Below the pieces are notes generated by a model that searched no databases, was not told the origin of the DNA, and worked only from the letters and a program-made list of their open reading frames with translations. Position numbers and translations under genes: made by a program. This document shows positions 7,423-17,164 of a stretch of DNA of 55,568 nt, piece after piece. Origin of the DNA: a virus (lineage: Duplodnaviria; Caudoviricetes); IMG/VR virus record IMGVR_UViG_3300009157_000022, positions 1 to 55,568 of that record; one strand, written 5' to 3'. The number at the start of each line of letters is the position of its first letter. Position 1 is the stretch's first letter.

Positions 7423-9551
7423 TCATGTCCGACGCCGACGCCACCCATCAGACCGCGCTCAACACATCGATCGCTCGGTTCACCGACCTGTTCAACGTCG
7501 ACGTGGCCGAACAGATGGACGTTCCCTGGGAACGCGTCCTGTCCTGGCTCGAGACCAAACCGACTACCCGATTCACCGATCGCTGTCCAGGATGGAGCCC
7601 GGTCGTCTACGATCCGGCCCGTCGAGCTCGCGAGAACATCAAAGCCGTTTACGGCCTCGTCCTCGACTACGACAAGAAATCCACCTGGGATGCGGTCGTG
7701 TCGCTGTGGCAATCGTTCTACGGCCTGGTCTACACGACCAAGTCCCACAACATCGGCGCGCACCGGCTCCGCGTCGTGCTGCCACTGTCGCGCACGGTCA
7801 CCGCGGACGAATACGCCCGGCTGTGGATCTGGGCCGCGCGTCGCTCGCAGTCCGTCGACGTCGTCGCCGACTCCCAGGCCAAGGACGCGTCACGGTTCTG
7901 GTACGTGCCGACGATGCCGGACGGCGACGCATGGCGCACCCAGCGACTGACCGGCGCAGCGATCGACGTCGACGCCACGCTGCCACTGGTCGAACAGCCA
8001 CCGCTCCGCGTGATGCACCCGCCGCCGCTGGTGACTACAGACATGAAGGCGACGCGAGCGCGGGCATACCTCTCCAAGATCCCGGGCGCGGTGTCCGGTG
8101 ATCGTGGACACACCCAGACATTCAACGCAGTCGCGCCCGTGATGCTCGGGTTCGACCTCGACGTCGATACCACGCTGTCAATCATCGCCAGCGACTACAA
8201 CCCACGCTGCGATCCTCCGTGGAACGAAAAACAACTCGCCCACAAAATACAGTCCGTCGCAGTGCGCTGTCAGCGCGAGCGTGGCTACCTACTCAAAGCG
8301 GACGCTCGACCGATCTACTCGACACAACACGCCGCCGCCGCTGCTCCGCCGCTGCCGGACGAGCACGACGTCGATTGGCGCGCGGGATGCGCGTTCAAGT
8401 CCGACGGGTTCACGTTCAAACGCGCATACGTCAACGTGCAGCGATTCGTGTGTCATCACCCCGACTACCGCGGGCGGTGGACGCTCAACGAGATGACCGG
8501 CGACGTCTGGATCGATGGGGCGCCCATGAAAGAGACGCTCGTCCACGACATCCGAGCGCACGCCGATCACGTGCTCGGGTACTCGCCGACGCCGTCCGAC
8601 GTGCACGCCGCGATCGCAAAGGCGGCTGAGCAGCGCCCCTTTCATCCGATTCGACAATACCTCGACTCGATCAACTGGGACGGAACCCAACGCCTCGCAT
8701 CCATGGCGCTCGACTATCTCGGATCGGATTCCAAACTCCACGCCGAGATGATTCGTCGCTGGATGATCGGGGCCATCGCACGAGCTCTTGAGCCAGGATG
8801 CAAGCTCGACACTGCTCTGATGCTGTTCGGTAAACAGGGATTCTTTAAATCGACGTTCTTTGCGATCCTCGGCGGACAGTGGCACTCGGACTCTGCCATT
8901 GATATCTCCAACAAAGACTCCTTCCAGCAGATTCACGCGGCATGGATCTATGAGTTCTCCGAGCTCGAGAACGTGGTCACCGGCCGTGCGGAGTCCCGGC
9001 TCAAGGCGTTCATGACGTCCACCCACGACATGTTCCGCGCACCCTACGCGCGCAGCGTCGTGCGCAAGGCCCGCGGGGTGGCGCTGTGCGGCTCCACGAA
9101 TCGACAGGAGATCCTGACCGACGACACCGGGTCGCGCCGGTTCTGGATCGTCCCGGTGGCTGGCCCGATCGATCGCGAACAGCTCGCCCATGCTCGGGAT
9201 CAGCTCTGGGCCGAGGCGCGCGTCGCCTACGAATCACAAGAGCCGTGGTGGTTCGACCGAAAGCTCGACGAGGAGCGCGAGGAATCGAATATCGAGTTCG
9301 AGAACGAAGATGTATGGCTGGACACAATTGCCGACTTCATCGCGGCACCCACGGTTGCGGAGGTTTCAATCTCGGCGCTCTTGCGGGATGCGCTCAAGCT
9401 TGACGCGGCACGCCAGGACCGCGCGGCCCAAATGCGTGTCGCGAGGATCCTGAAGACGCTTGGGTGGGAGCGGCAGCGCGAATCGACCGGCGACAGGCGC
9501 TGGCGGTACATCCGGCCAGGAACACAGCGGCGGTGGGGGTTCCAGTCGTGA
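7419..9551 (+). CDS. Primase-helicase (AEP-like N-terminus + VirE/VapE ATPase)
   Basis: LVLDYD, TTKSH, RLRVVLPL; GKQGFFKST, DDTGSRRFW. Confidence 0.88.
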   Translation: MIMSDADATHQTALNTSIARFTDLFNVDVAEQMDVPWERVLSWLETKPTTRFTDRCPGWSPVVYDPARRARENIKAVYGLVLDYDKKSTWDAVVSLWQSFYGLVYTTKSHNIGAHRLRVVLPLSRTVTADEYARLWIWAARRSQSVDVVADSQAKDASRFWYVPTMPDGDAWRTQRLTGAAIDVDATLPLVEQPPLRVMHPPPLVTTDMKATRARAYLSKIPGAVSGDRGHTQTFNAVAPVMLGFDLDVDTTLSIIASDYNPRCDPPWNEKQLAHKIQSVAVRCQRERGYLLKADARPIYSTQHAAAAAPPLPDEHDVDWRAGCAFKSDGFTFKRAYVNVQRFVCHHPDYRGRWTLNEMTGDVWIDGAPMKETLVHDIRAHADHVLGYSPTPSDVHAAIAKAAEQRPFHPIRQYLDSINWDGTQRLASMALDYLGSDSKLHAEMIRRWMIGAIARALEPGCKLDTALMLFGKQGFFKSTFFAILGGQWHSDSAIDISNKDSFQQIHAAWIYEFSELENVVTGRAESRLKAFMTSTHDMFRAPYARSVVRKARGVALCGSTNRQEILTDDTGSRRFWIVPVAGPIDREQLAHARDQLWAEARVAYESQEPWWFDRKLDEEREESNIEFENEDVWLDTIADFIAAPTVAEVSISALLRDALKLDAARQDRAAQMRVARILKTLGWERQRESTGDRRWRYIRPGTQRRWGFQS

Positions 9552-9589
9552 TCCTGCCCGTCCCACTTAGGTCGAGACGGTCCAATCTG

Positions 9590-9810
9590 AAATCAATCAG
9601 GTTGGGTCACGGTCAACCGGATGATTATTATACCTATATCTCTGTTCTGTCCCAACGTCCCAACCTTATTGAATCTAAAGAACTTCATAATAATAAAACA
9701 TATAATAGTCCTGGACCCCTGTTAGGACGGGACAAGCGGACGGATTCGGTAGATTCATATTGTGAATTCAATAGCCTATCGTCCGTCTCTACCGTCGGGA
9801 CAGGTTGGGC
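9590..9810. other. Putative replication origin
   Basis: AT-rich island after primase gene with GTCCCAAC tandem and inverted GTTGGG/GGGAC copies. Confidence 0.5.
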
Positions 9811-9867
9811 GGCCGAACGCCGTTCGCGCCATGTTGTCACGGTCGGTCTCACACATCTGGGTGTACT

Positions 9868-10590
9868 GTGAGCCGGCCTACATTACACCCGGGCAAGTGG
9901 GAGGATGTCCTACCTGGCATCACATGCTCCGCGCTGATCACCGATCCGCCCTACTCAGCGCGCACCCACGCCGCTGTCACCACCCGCAACGATGACACCG
10001 ATCCGGCCGGCCTGACCCCTGCCTACGCCCCGTGGACCCCGGATGACGTCCACGCGTTCGTGCGCTCGTGGTCAGCGCGCGTTTCCGGCTGGATGGTCTG
10101 CCTTTGCGATGACGAGCTGATCCCCGCGTACAGGGCAGCCTATGAGTCCGTGGGCCGGTACGCGTTCGCGCCGGTTCCCTGCGTGATCCGCGGCATGTCC
10201 TGTCGCATGCAGGGGGATGGACCATCGAGTTGGGTAGTCTACGCCATGGTGGGCAGGCCTCGAACCGAGGCGTTCGTGGGCGGCTGGACGAATCCGGGAG
10301 CGTACGTGGTCGGGGCCGAGGGCAATGGGCGCGCCGGCGGATCACCCCGAGGCGGAGGGCGCGGCAAACCGGCTGCGCTCGAGCATGCGCTGGTGCGGGA
10401 CTACTCGCGACCCGGCGACCTGGTCTGCGACCCGATGGCGGGGTGGGGTGGGTTCATGGCCGCAGCGCTGGCGCACGGCCGTCGCGCCGTGGGCGCGGAG
10501 ATGGACGCGGATGCGTATCGCGAGGCCGTGAGGCGACTCAAGAGGCCATTGCAGATTGATATGTTTTCGACACGAGAGGTGGAGTCATGA
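9868..10590 (+). CDS. DNA amino-methyltransferase (beta class, N6/N4)
   Basis: ITDPPY then KP..L and DPMAGWG SAM-binding variant. Confidence 0.8.
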   Translation: MSRPTLHPGKWEDVLPGITCSALITDPPYSARTHAAVTTRNDDTDPAGLTPAYAPWTPDDVHAFVRSWSARVSGWMVCLCDDELIPAYRAAYESVGRYAFAPVPCVIRGMSCRMQGDGPSSWVVYAMVGRPRTEAFVGGWTNPGAYVVGAEGNGRAGGSPRGGGRGKPAALEHALVRDYSRPGDLVCDPMAGWGGFMAAALAHGRRAVGAEMDADAYREAVRRLKRPLQIDMFSTREVES

Positions 10591-10859
10591 AAGCAGCCAA
10601 AGCACTAAAACAAATGCGCTTCGACAACCTCGAGGCAGCCAAGCGAAACAAAGAACTTCTACTCAGCGTCGTTGCCGAGCGCCAGCGTGTCGTCGAGATC
10701 GCGCAGGCGATCGGGACGGACTACCGCAACGCGATGAACGATCTCCACGTCGCGGTGGGCGTTTGGCGCGAGCACGCGCCGGGTGTGCGCCCTGACGACT
10801 TGGCGATGATCGAGCGGAAGCTCGGGCTCGTCGCGACGGAGGTGGTCCATGCCGAGTAA
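10587..10859 (+). CDS. Hypothetical protein
   Basis: Coupled ORF with RBS. Confidence 0.6.
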   Translation: MKAAKALKQMRFDNLEAAKRNKELLLSVVAERQRVVEIAQAIGTDYRNAMNDLHVAVGVWREHAPGVRPDDLAMIERKLGLVATEVVHAE

Positions 10860-10992
10860 GAAAAGATCTGTATCTGTCACCGCCGAATCGTACGAGCGTA
10901 TCCGTGCTCTGGCGAAGCGTGAGGGTGTACCGCCCGGGAAACTGATCGAGCGAGCGCTGGACAGCGTCGCGCCGAACGGATCCAAGCCATGA
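10849..10992 (+). CDS. Ribbon-helix-helix small regulator
   Basis: Own translation MPSKKRSVSVTAESYERIRALAKREGVPPGKLIERALDS. Confidence 0.65.
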   Translation: MPSKKRSVSVTAESYERIRALAKREGVPPGKLIERALDSVAPNGSKP

Positions 10993-11213
10993 CGCCCACC
11001 CAACGCACCACCTACGGCGCCGTCGAGCTGCTCGCGATCTGTGCCAGCGGTACCGGCGAGACCCTGCGCGAGATTCACGATCGGCTGGGATTCACGCGGC
11101 CGGATTCGCTGCTGCTCGCACGTCGCGCGCTCGTCGCCTCACTCGGTTGCGGTAACTGGCGTGAGACCAGAGCCGAGGCCGAAGCGAAGTTGCGATGCGG
11201 GGAGATCCGATGA
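10989..11213 (+). CDS. Hypothetical protein
   Basis: ATGA overlaps at both ends. Confidence 0.55.
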   Translation: MTPTQRTTYGAVELLAICASGTGETLREIHDRLGFTRPDSLLLARRALVASLGCGNWRETRAEAEAKLRCGEIR

Positions 11214-11782
11214 CGCGCGTACTCCTCGACTGCGACGGTCAGGCCGCGCTTCCGGGTGTTCTCGTTGACCCGGCTGTTGCCGCTCGTAGAGCACGGAATC
11301 GCGCGACCTACCAGCGTCGAGCAGACGATCATCTTGCGAAGGTCTATGAGTGGCGCGACCAGAACCCGGAGAGAGTGGCCGCGCACCGCAAGAAGTGGTG
11401 GAAGAAAAATAAGGCTCGCGTCACTCGTGAGCGTGCGGCTAAGCGCGTTGCGGCCTATGCAGCGAACCCAAGGCAGTGGTGGTTGACGGAGACGTTTCGC
11501 GCGGCACGCGTTCGTGCTCGGCGCGAAGGGTTTCCGTTTGACCATGAGATTCCCGATCTCGTTCTGCCGGACATTTGTCCGGTCCTCGGGATCGAGATCT
11601 TCTACTACGCAAAGCGCGGCAAGCATGCACCGAACAGCCCGTCACTCGATCGCATCGTTCCCGATCTTGGCTACGTCGCTAGCAACCTCCGCGTGATCTC
11701 AAATCGCGCGAACACGCTAAAGAACAACGCCACGCTTGACGAGATGCGCCGTGTGCTTGCGGACATGGAGCGCCTACGATGA
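11210..11782 (+). CDS. HNH-like homing endonuclease fused to the first 10 codons of the nucleotidase
   Basis: ICPVLGI..SPSLDRIVPDLGYVASNLRVISNRANTLK; N-terminus MTRVLLDCDG. Confidence 0.85.
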   Translation: MTRVLLDCDGQAALPGVLVDPAVAARRARNRATYQRRADDHLAKVYEWRDQNPERVAAHRKKWWKKNKARVTRERAAKRVAAYAANPRQWWLTETFRAARVRARREGFPFDHEIPDLVLPDICPVLGIEIFYYAKRGKHAPNSPSLDRIVPDLGYVASNLRVISNRANTLKNNATLDEMRRVLADMERLR

Positions 11783-12339
11783 CACGCGTCCTTTTGGATT
11801 GTGATGGGATTCTTAGTGACTTTATCTCTGCCTATCTGCGCATCGTCAACCGCGTCACCGGCTTGCGGTTCGTTCCCGAGCAGGTCACCGAGTTCGACAT
11901 CAACAAGTCAATCGGCCTGTCGGCGTCCGACGCGTCGCTCGTCAAGCGCGCCGTCGGTGAATCGCCCGCGCTGGCGACCGCGCTCGCGGTGTATCCGGGG
12001 AGCCGCGACGGGGTCGCTGCGCTGCAACGGATCGCGGATGTCTACGTCGTCACGTCGCCGTGGAACTCAAATCCGACTTGGACCCATGACCGTGAATGGT
12101 GGCTCCAGAAGCACTTCGACATCCCGGCAAAGCGCGTGATCCACACGGCGGCCAAGCACGTGTGCCGTGGTGACGTGCTGATCGACGACAAGGTATCGAC
12201 GGTGCAGCTGTGGCGCGCAGAGTATCCAGACGCGTTGGGTGTCGTGTGGTCGACGCCGCACAACCAGAACGACAGCGACGCCGGTCCCCGAACGAACGAT
12301 TGGAGCGAGCTATGCGAACTGATACGGCGGAGATCGTGA
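11779..12339 (+). CDS. 5'(3')-deoxyribonucleotidase (HAD, NT5C family)
   Basis: LLDCDG, VVTSP, K, DVLIDD, PHN motifs. Confidence 0.9.
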   Translation: MTRVLLDCDGILSDFISAYLRIVNRVTGLRFVPEQVTEFDINKSIGLSASDASLVKRAVGESPALATALAVYPGSRDGVAALQRIADVYVVTSPWNSNPTWTHDREWWLQKHFDIPAKRVIHTAAKHVCRGDVLIDDKVSTVQLWRAEYPDALGVVWSTPHNQNDSDAGPRTNDWSELCELIRRRS

Positions 12340-12686
12340 CCCCGGCAGAGGCGGCGGTCCGGTGGCTAGAGCACAGCCCGAACGATCGGTCGCTCGCCGA
12401 TGCGTTCGCGCGCGAGCTCCTGGACGTCCAGAGCAAACTCGAGGTGACGCGCCAAGACAACCGGCGGCTCGTCCACGAGGCCGAGCGAGCACGTGAGGCG
12501 CGCGACATCGCGCAGGCCGCGAGTGCACAGCGGGTGTGGCCGGTCGCCGTACGGTGCGACGGGGCGCGATGTCCGAGCGCTTTGGCGTTCGACCCGATGC
12601 CCGACGAGGATGCACTGGCCACGGTGGTGTTCGCACTCGGGTGGGCGACGACGCCGAAGGGGCACTACTGTCCGAGGTGTCGATGA
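12336..12686 (+). CDS. Hypothetical protein with C-terminal Zn motif
   Basis: CDGARC..GW..HYCPRC; start uncertain. Confidence 0.55.
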   Translation: MTPAEAAVRWLEHSPNDRSLADAFARELLDVQSKLEVTRQDNRRLVHEAERAREARDIAQAASAQRVWPVAVRCDGARCPSALAFDPMPDEDALATVVFALGWATTPKGHYCPRCR

Positions 12687-12937
12687 CGGAGCGCTCCGCG
12701 TACCAGAAAAGGCGCCGCGACGATGCTCGAGCTCGAGGTCTGTGCGGGCAGTGCTGTCTCCGGCCGGCGCTGCCCGGGATGTTCCGCTGCGAGATGTGCC
12801 GCGCCGGGGAAGCCGGCAAGGCCGCGCGCGTTCGCGAAATGCCCTACCCGACACCGCCGTGGTGCACTGAGTGTCTCGCCGCCGGCTTTCATCGGGCCGA
12901 GTGCAGCGGAGATCTCCGGCTCCGCAGGACGGGCTAG
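12683..12937 (+). CDS. Cys-rich Zn-finger protein
   Basis: RARGLCGQC..CEMC..CTEC..H..C. Confidence 0.6.
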   Translation: MTERSAYQKRRRDDARARGLCGQCCLRPALPGMFRCEMCRAGEAGKAARVREMPYPTPPWCTECLAAGFHRAECSGDLRLRRTG

Positions 12938-12981
12938 CGACTCACTACTACATATCGGCACGGTGTCTCGCGGAGGGGTGA

Positions 12982-13722
12982 ATGACGCTGTTCTCTGGGT
13001 CCTGTGCAACGCTCGTTTCATCGGTGTCCGACGACGGTGTTGATGCCAGTGTTGATAACAGCTACCAGGCCCGCAAGGAGTCTGGGCGATGCGTTCAACG
13101 GGGCTGTCCGAATCTCGCCGACGAGGACTGCCTACGTTGTAGCGAGCACCGCGCCGCGCTGAATGAGAGCAGCCGGATCTATCAAGAGCGTCGGCGCACG
13201 AAGTCTAATGCGCTGTGCCTGCTGTGCTGTCGGCGTGAGCGCGTTAAGGGCCGATCGCGGTGCGCGGTATGCCTGATCGCGTCCGGTCGGGCACGCAAAC
13301 CGGGTGTTGATAGCAGTGTTGATAACAAGGGAGATCGTCTCTCCGCCCGGATGATCCCGTGGGAGAACTCGCCGACCAACGCGGGACGCATCCGGTTGCG
13401 CGGCGGCAAGCGCGGCGCCCCGTCGATCGACGACTGCGACGACTTCGACCGCAAGATCCTCGACACCGGCATAGAGCGCTACCGCGAGGGAGTGGCCTAC
13501 CTGGCATCCCCCGAGGGGAAAGCGCTGACCGATGCAGATCGCGACGCCGCTCGGATGGCGGCGCTCGGTCAGCTTACCCTGGCCTTGCGCGCCGGCGAGG
13601 AGATCGTCGAGCGCCATCGCTACCACAAGCGTCGCGACGCCGAGCAAGCCAAAGTTCGGCAGGCGCGCGAGCGCGTGCAGGACAAGCGGCTCCGTGCGCT
13701 GGCCAGGCTGGTGTCGAAATAG
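12982..13722 (+). CDS. Cys-rich Zn-binding protein, possible late regulator
   Basis: Two Cys clusters, basic C-terminus; sits immediately before terminase. Confidence 0.55.
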   Translation: MTLFSGSCATLVSSVSDDGVDASVDNSYQARKESGRCVQRGCPNLADEDCLRCSEHRAALNESSRIYQERRRTKSNALCLLCCRRERVKGRSRCAVCLIASGRARKPGVDSSVDNKGDRLSARMIPWENSPTNAGRIRLRGGKRGAPSIDDCDDFDRKILDTGIERYREGVAYLASPEGKALTDADRDAARMAALGQLTLALRAGEEIVERHRYHKRRDAEQAKVRQARERVQDKRLRALARLVSK

Positions 13723-13754
13723 GCATCTCGCGCGCGCGGGCACACGCTAGGGAT

Positions 13755-14174
13755 GTGAGCAGCGACGGTAAGCAGTTACTCGGCAAGGGCGGAGGGCCGT
13801 TTCGGAAGGGCGCGGATCCGCGGCGCAACGCAGGCGGACGCCCGTCGATCGTCAACGATCTCAGGGCGGCGGGGGCGATCGATCCGTCGCTGCCGACGAC
13901 ACCCGCGGAGGCACGCGCGAAGTGGTGGGCGATGATCCTACCGGTTGCGTTCGCCGGACCGCAGGGTCCCAGGGATTCGAACTGGATCTACGCCGCCGGG
14001 GAAGCCGGCGTGCGGCTGCTCGGCAAGCCCAAGGAGACCGTGGTGATCGAGGGCAGCGAAGAATCGCCCGTCGACTGGTCCAAGGTGCCCGAGGATCGGC
14101 GCGAGAAGCTGCTCGAGGCGCTCACCGAGATCGAGCTGATCGTGGCGCCGGTTGATGAACCTGTCGAGCACTGA
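13755..14174 (+). CDS. terS: Terminase small subunit
   Basis: FRKGADPRRNAGGRP (DUF5681-like) motif; precedes terL. Confidence 0.65.
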   Translation: MSSDGKQLLGKGGGPFRKGADPRRNAGGRPSIVNDLRAAGAIDPSLPTTPAEARAKWWAMILPVAFAGPQGPRDSNWIYAAGEAGVRLLGKPKETVVIEGSEESPVDWSKVPEDRREKLLEALTEIELIVAPVDEPVEH

Positions 14175-15648
14175 GCTGCGCTGGCATCGCGCGGCGATCG
14201 AGAAGTCGCTCGCCGAAGATCGGTTGGTCAACTTCATCCGGATGCTGTGGCCGGTCGTCGAGCCTGGTCGCGAGTTCATCCGCGGCTGGGCGATCGATGC
14301 GATCTGTGAGCATCTCGAAGCGGTTACGTCGGGCGAGATCAAGCGCCTGCTGATCAACGTCCCGCCGGGATTCATGAAGTCGCTGGCCACGTGCGTGTTC
14401 TGGCCCGCATGGGAGTGGGGCCCGCGCAATCGCGCCGACCTTCGCTACATCTTCGCCGGCTACGTCGGGTCGCTGACTGTGACCAACAACATGAAGCTAC
14501 GCCGGCTCGTCGAGAGCGACACCTATCAGGCGCTGTGGGGGAATCGCGTCAAACTCGCCGACGATCAGAACGCCAAGACGATGTTCGAGAACACTCGGAC
14601 CGGGTTCGCGCTCGCGACCTCGGTCGGCGGCGCCGTCATGGGCAAGCGCGGCGATCGAGCGATCCTCGACGATCCGAACAACACCAAGGACGTTGACTCC
14701 GACGCCAAACTCGACGGCGCGCTGCAGTTCTTGACCGAGGTGTTACCTACGCGTGTCAACGACGAGCAGACGTTCGCGCAGGTCACGATCATGCAGCGCA
14801 CGGGCGATCGCGACGTGTCCGGTCACATCCTGTCGAGCCACTTCGGGGACGTGCACCTGTGCATTCCGATGGAGTGGCGCACGGGCCACCCGTACATCGC
14901 CTATGCGCACAAGCCGACGGCGATCAGCTGGAGTGATCCACGCACGGTCGACGGCGAGCTGGCGTTCCCTGAGCGGTTCTCGCGCGAGGGTGTCGATGCG
15001 CTCAAGATCCAGCTTGCGTCGTGGGGTGGTGACTACGCGGTTGCAGGCCAGCTCGACCAGTTACCGATCCCGCGCGGTGGAGGCATGTTCGCCGAAGAGT
15101 GGTTCGATCAAGTCTGCGAGCTCGACGAGGTGCCCGCCGGTGGTGTCACGGTACGCTCATGGGACTTCGCCGGCTCGGTGCGCAAGACGTCGCCGTTCAC
15201 GGCGTCGACGAAGATCAAGCGCGCCCCCAACGGCAAGTTGTACCTGCTCGATGTCACGTGCGATCGGATCGAGGCCGCGGGGCTCGAGGACCATGTCGCG
15301 ATGACCTGCAACGCGGATGCGCAGGATACGATTATCGACGTGCCGCAGGATCCGGGCCAGGCTGGCAAGGTGCAGGTGTCCGCAATGGCGCGGCGGTTCC
15401 ATGGCCGGACGTTTCTGTTCTCTCCGGAATCCGGCTCGAAAGAACATCGCGCGCAGCCGATCGCATCGCAGTGCAAGGCCAAGAACCTGATCCTGGTGCG
15501 CGGCGCGTGGAACCGCGGGTTCGTCAACGAAGCCAAGTCGTTTCCGCGCGGCATGTTCAAGGATCGGATCGACGCGCTGTCGCGCGGCTATGCGCGGCTG
15601 GTGCAGGGCGGCAACGCCGAGGTGATCCACGGCGGGTTCGTGGGATAG
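14152..15648 (+). CDS. terL: Terminase large subunit
   Basis: LLINVPPGFMKS, ILDDP, IMQR, SWDFA, KDRIDALS. Confidence 0.95.
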   Translation: MMNLSSTELRWHRAAIEKSLAEDRLVNFIRMLWPVVEPGREFIRGWAIDAICEHLEAVTSGEIKRLLINVPPGFMKSLATCVFWPAWEWGPRNRADLRYIFAGYVGSLTVTNNMKLRRLVESDTYQALWGNRVKLADDQNAKTMFENTRTGFALATSVGGAVMGKRGDRAILDDPNNTKDVDSDAKLDGALQFLTEVLPTRVNDEQTFAQVTIMQRTGDRDVSGHILSSHFGDVHLCIPMEWRTGHPYIAYAHKPTAISWSDPRTVDGELAFPERFSREGVDALKIQLASWGGDYAVAGQLDQLPIPRGGGMFAEEWFDQVCELDEVPAGGVTVRSWDFAGSVRKTSPFTASTKIKRAPNGKLYLLDVTCDRIEAAGLEDHVAMTCNADAQDTIIDVPQDPGQAGKVQVSAMARRFHGRTFLFSPESGSKEHRAQPIASQCKAKNLILVRGAWNRGFVNEAKSFPRGMFKDRIDALSRGYARLVQGGNAEVIHGGFVG

Positions 15649-15662
15649 CCACGAAGCTGTGT

Positions 15663-15695
15663 AATCGACCCTGATCCGCCTGTTCGCCGACTGTT
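15663..15695 (+). promoter_or_regulatory. AATCGACCC-type promoter (portal)
   Basis: Motif 15663-15671, GTG 29 nt downstream. Confidence 0.75.
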
Positions 15696-15700
15696 CTGGT

Positions 15701-17164
15701 GTGAAACAGCCGTGGACCAAAGGCGGGCCGTCGCCGAACCCAGCGGGACGCGGCATCGCCAAGGCCGCCGCTCGTGGCACTACCGACGTCGTCGCCTACG
15801 CTGGATTCATCGCGTCAGGCGAGCGACACGGAGACCTGACCGGATCACGCAAGTGGCTTACGTACAGCGAGAGCTACAACACGCCGGTCGTGGCCACCGG
15901 GATCCGATACTTTGGCAATTTGCTGTCCGGCACGGAGTGGCACATCGAAGAGAACAAGGCTGGCGGCAAGGGCGCACGCAAGGGAGTCGACATCGTCGAG
16001 CAGGGGCTCATCCAAACGCCGATGCTACGGCCGTGGAGTTCGGTGGTTCGCAAGGCGGCAATGTATCGGCTGCTCGGGTTCTCGTTGCATGCGACATCGA
16101 TGCGTCGTCGACCGGACGGCATGATCGTCTATTCTGAAATCGAGCACCGACCCCAGCACTCGATCGAGCGGTGGTTGCGAAAGGATGAGCGCGCCCCATT
16201 CGACGCGGTGATCCAGCGGACGCGTCAGTCCGGTCTCGAGATCGAGATTCCGCTCGACGAATGCTTTTATTGCGTCGACGACACGCTCGCCGATTCACCC
16301 GACGGCGTCGGGTTGCTCCGTCACGTGATCGAGCACGTTCGTCGACTCGCCGTGCTCGAGAAGATGGAGGGTTCTGCGCTCGTGCGCGACATGGGCGGTA
16401 CGCCGCTTGGCCGTGCACCGATTGCCGAGATCGTCGCACAACTCGGGACGTCCGATGCCGCGACGGTGCAGACACAGATCGATGCCGCGACGCTCGCGCT
16501 TCGCACCGTGATGGTGAACCGCAACAAGACGCCCGAAGAGGCGATGTATCTGCTGCTCGACTCGAGCACGTACAAGAACCCCGACGGCACGCCGACCGCA
16601 ATCGCCAAGTGGGCGCTCGAGATCGTTCGCAGCGAGACCGCGAACATGGGACCGACGGACATCGCCATCCGTCGTGTCGAGCTCCAGATCGCGCGCGTGC
16701 TCGGGATCGAGTTCGCGTTGATGGGTGCCGATAGCTCGGGCTCGTATGCAATGCACGACGACAAGACCTCGACGTTCGAGACCAACATTCAAACGACCCT
16801 GAACGAGCTCGGCTGGTTTGCCACGATGCAGCTTGGTCGTCGGCTGGTCGCGCGCAACGGGCTCGACCCCGACACGTGCGCACCGCGGCTCGTGGCCGAG
16901 CCGATCAGTACGGACGCCGTCGAGACCGCGTGCCGCTCGCTGGCGCTGATTACGCAAGCCGGCTTGATGCCCGACGACCCGGCGACCGATGTGCTGCGCG
17001 GTCGGTTGCGGTTGCCGCCTCAGCCCGAGCGGATCGAAATAGAGTCCCCGCGCGCGCCCGCCGCGCTCGATCCGGATCCAGAAATCGACGACACAGAGGA
17101 TCCGACGGGTGCCGAGGATCTGCTCGACGAGGACGATCCGGAAACCGAGGAGGCCGCGGCATGA
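15701..17164 (+). CDS. Portal protein (Mu gp29/DUF935-like)
   Basis: Follows terL; PDGVGLLR, GSYAM motifs; 487 aa. Confidence 0.85.
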   Translation: MKQPWTKGGPSPNPAGRGIAKAAARGTTDVVAYAGFIASGERHGDLTGSRKWLTYSESYNTPVVATGIRYFGNLLSGTEWHIEENKAGGKGARKGVDIVEQGLIQTPMLRPWSSVVRKAAMYRLLGFSLHATSMRRRPDGMIVYSEIEHRPQHSIERWLRKDERAPFDAVIQRTRQSGLEIEIPLDECFYCVDDTLADSPDGVGLLRHVIEHVRRLAVLEKMEGSALVRDMGGTPLGRAPIAEIVAQLGTSDAATVQTQIDAATLALRTVMVNRNKTPEEAMYLLLDSSTYKNPDGTPTAIAKWALEIVRSETANMGPTDIAIRRVELQIARVLGIEFALMGADSSGSYAMHDDKTSTFETNIQTTLNELGWFATMQLGRRLVARNGLDPDTCAPRLVAEPISTDAVETACRSLALITQAGLMPDDPATDVLRGRLRLPPQPERIEIESPRAPAALDPDPEIDDTEDPTGAEDLLDEDDPETEEAAA

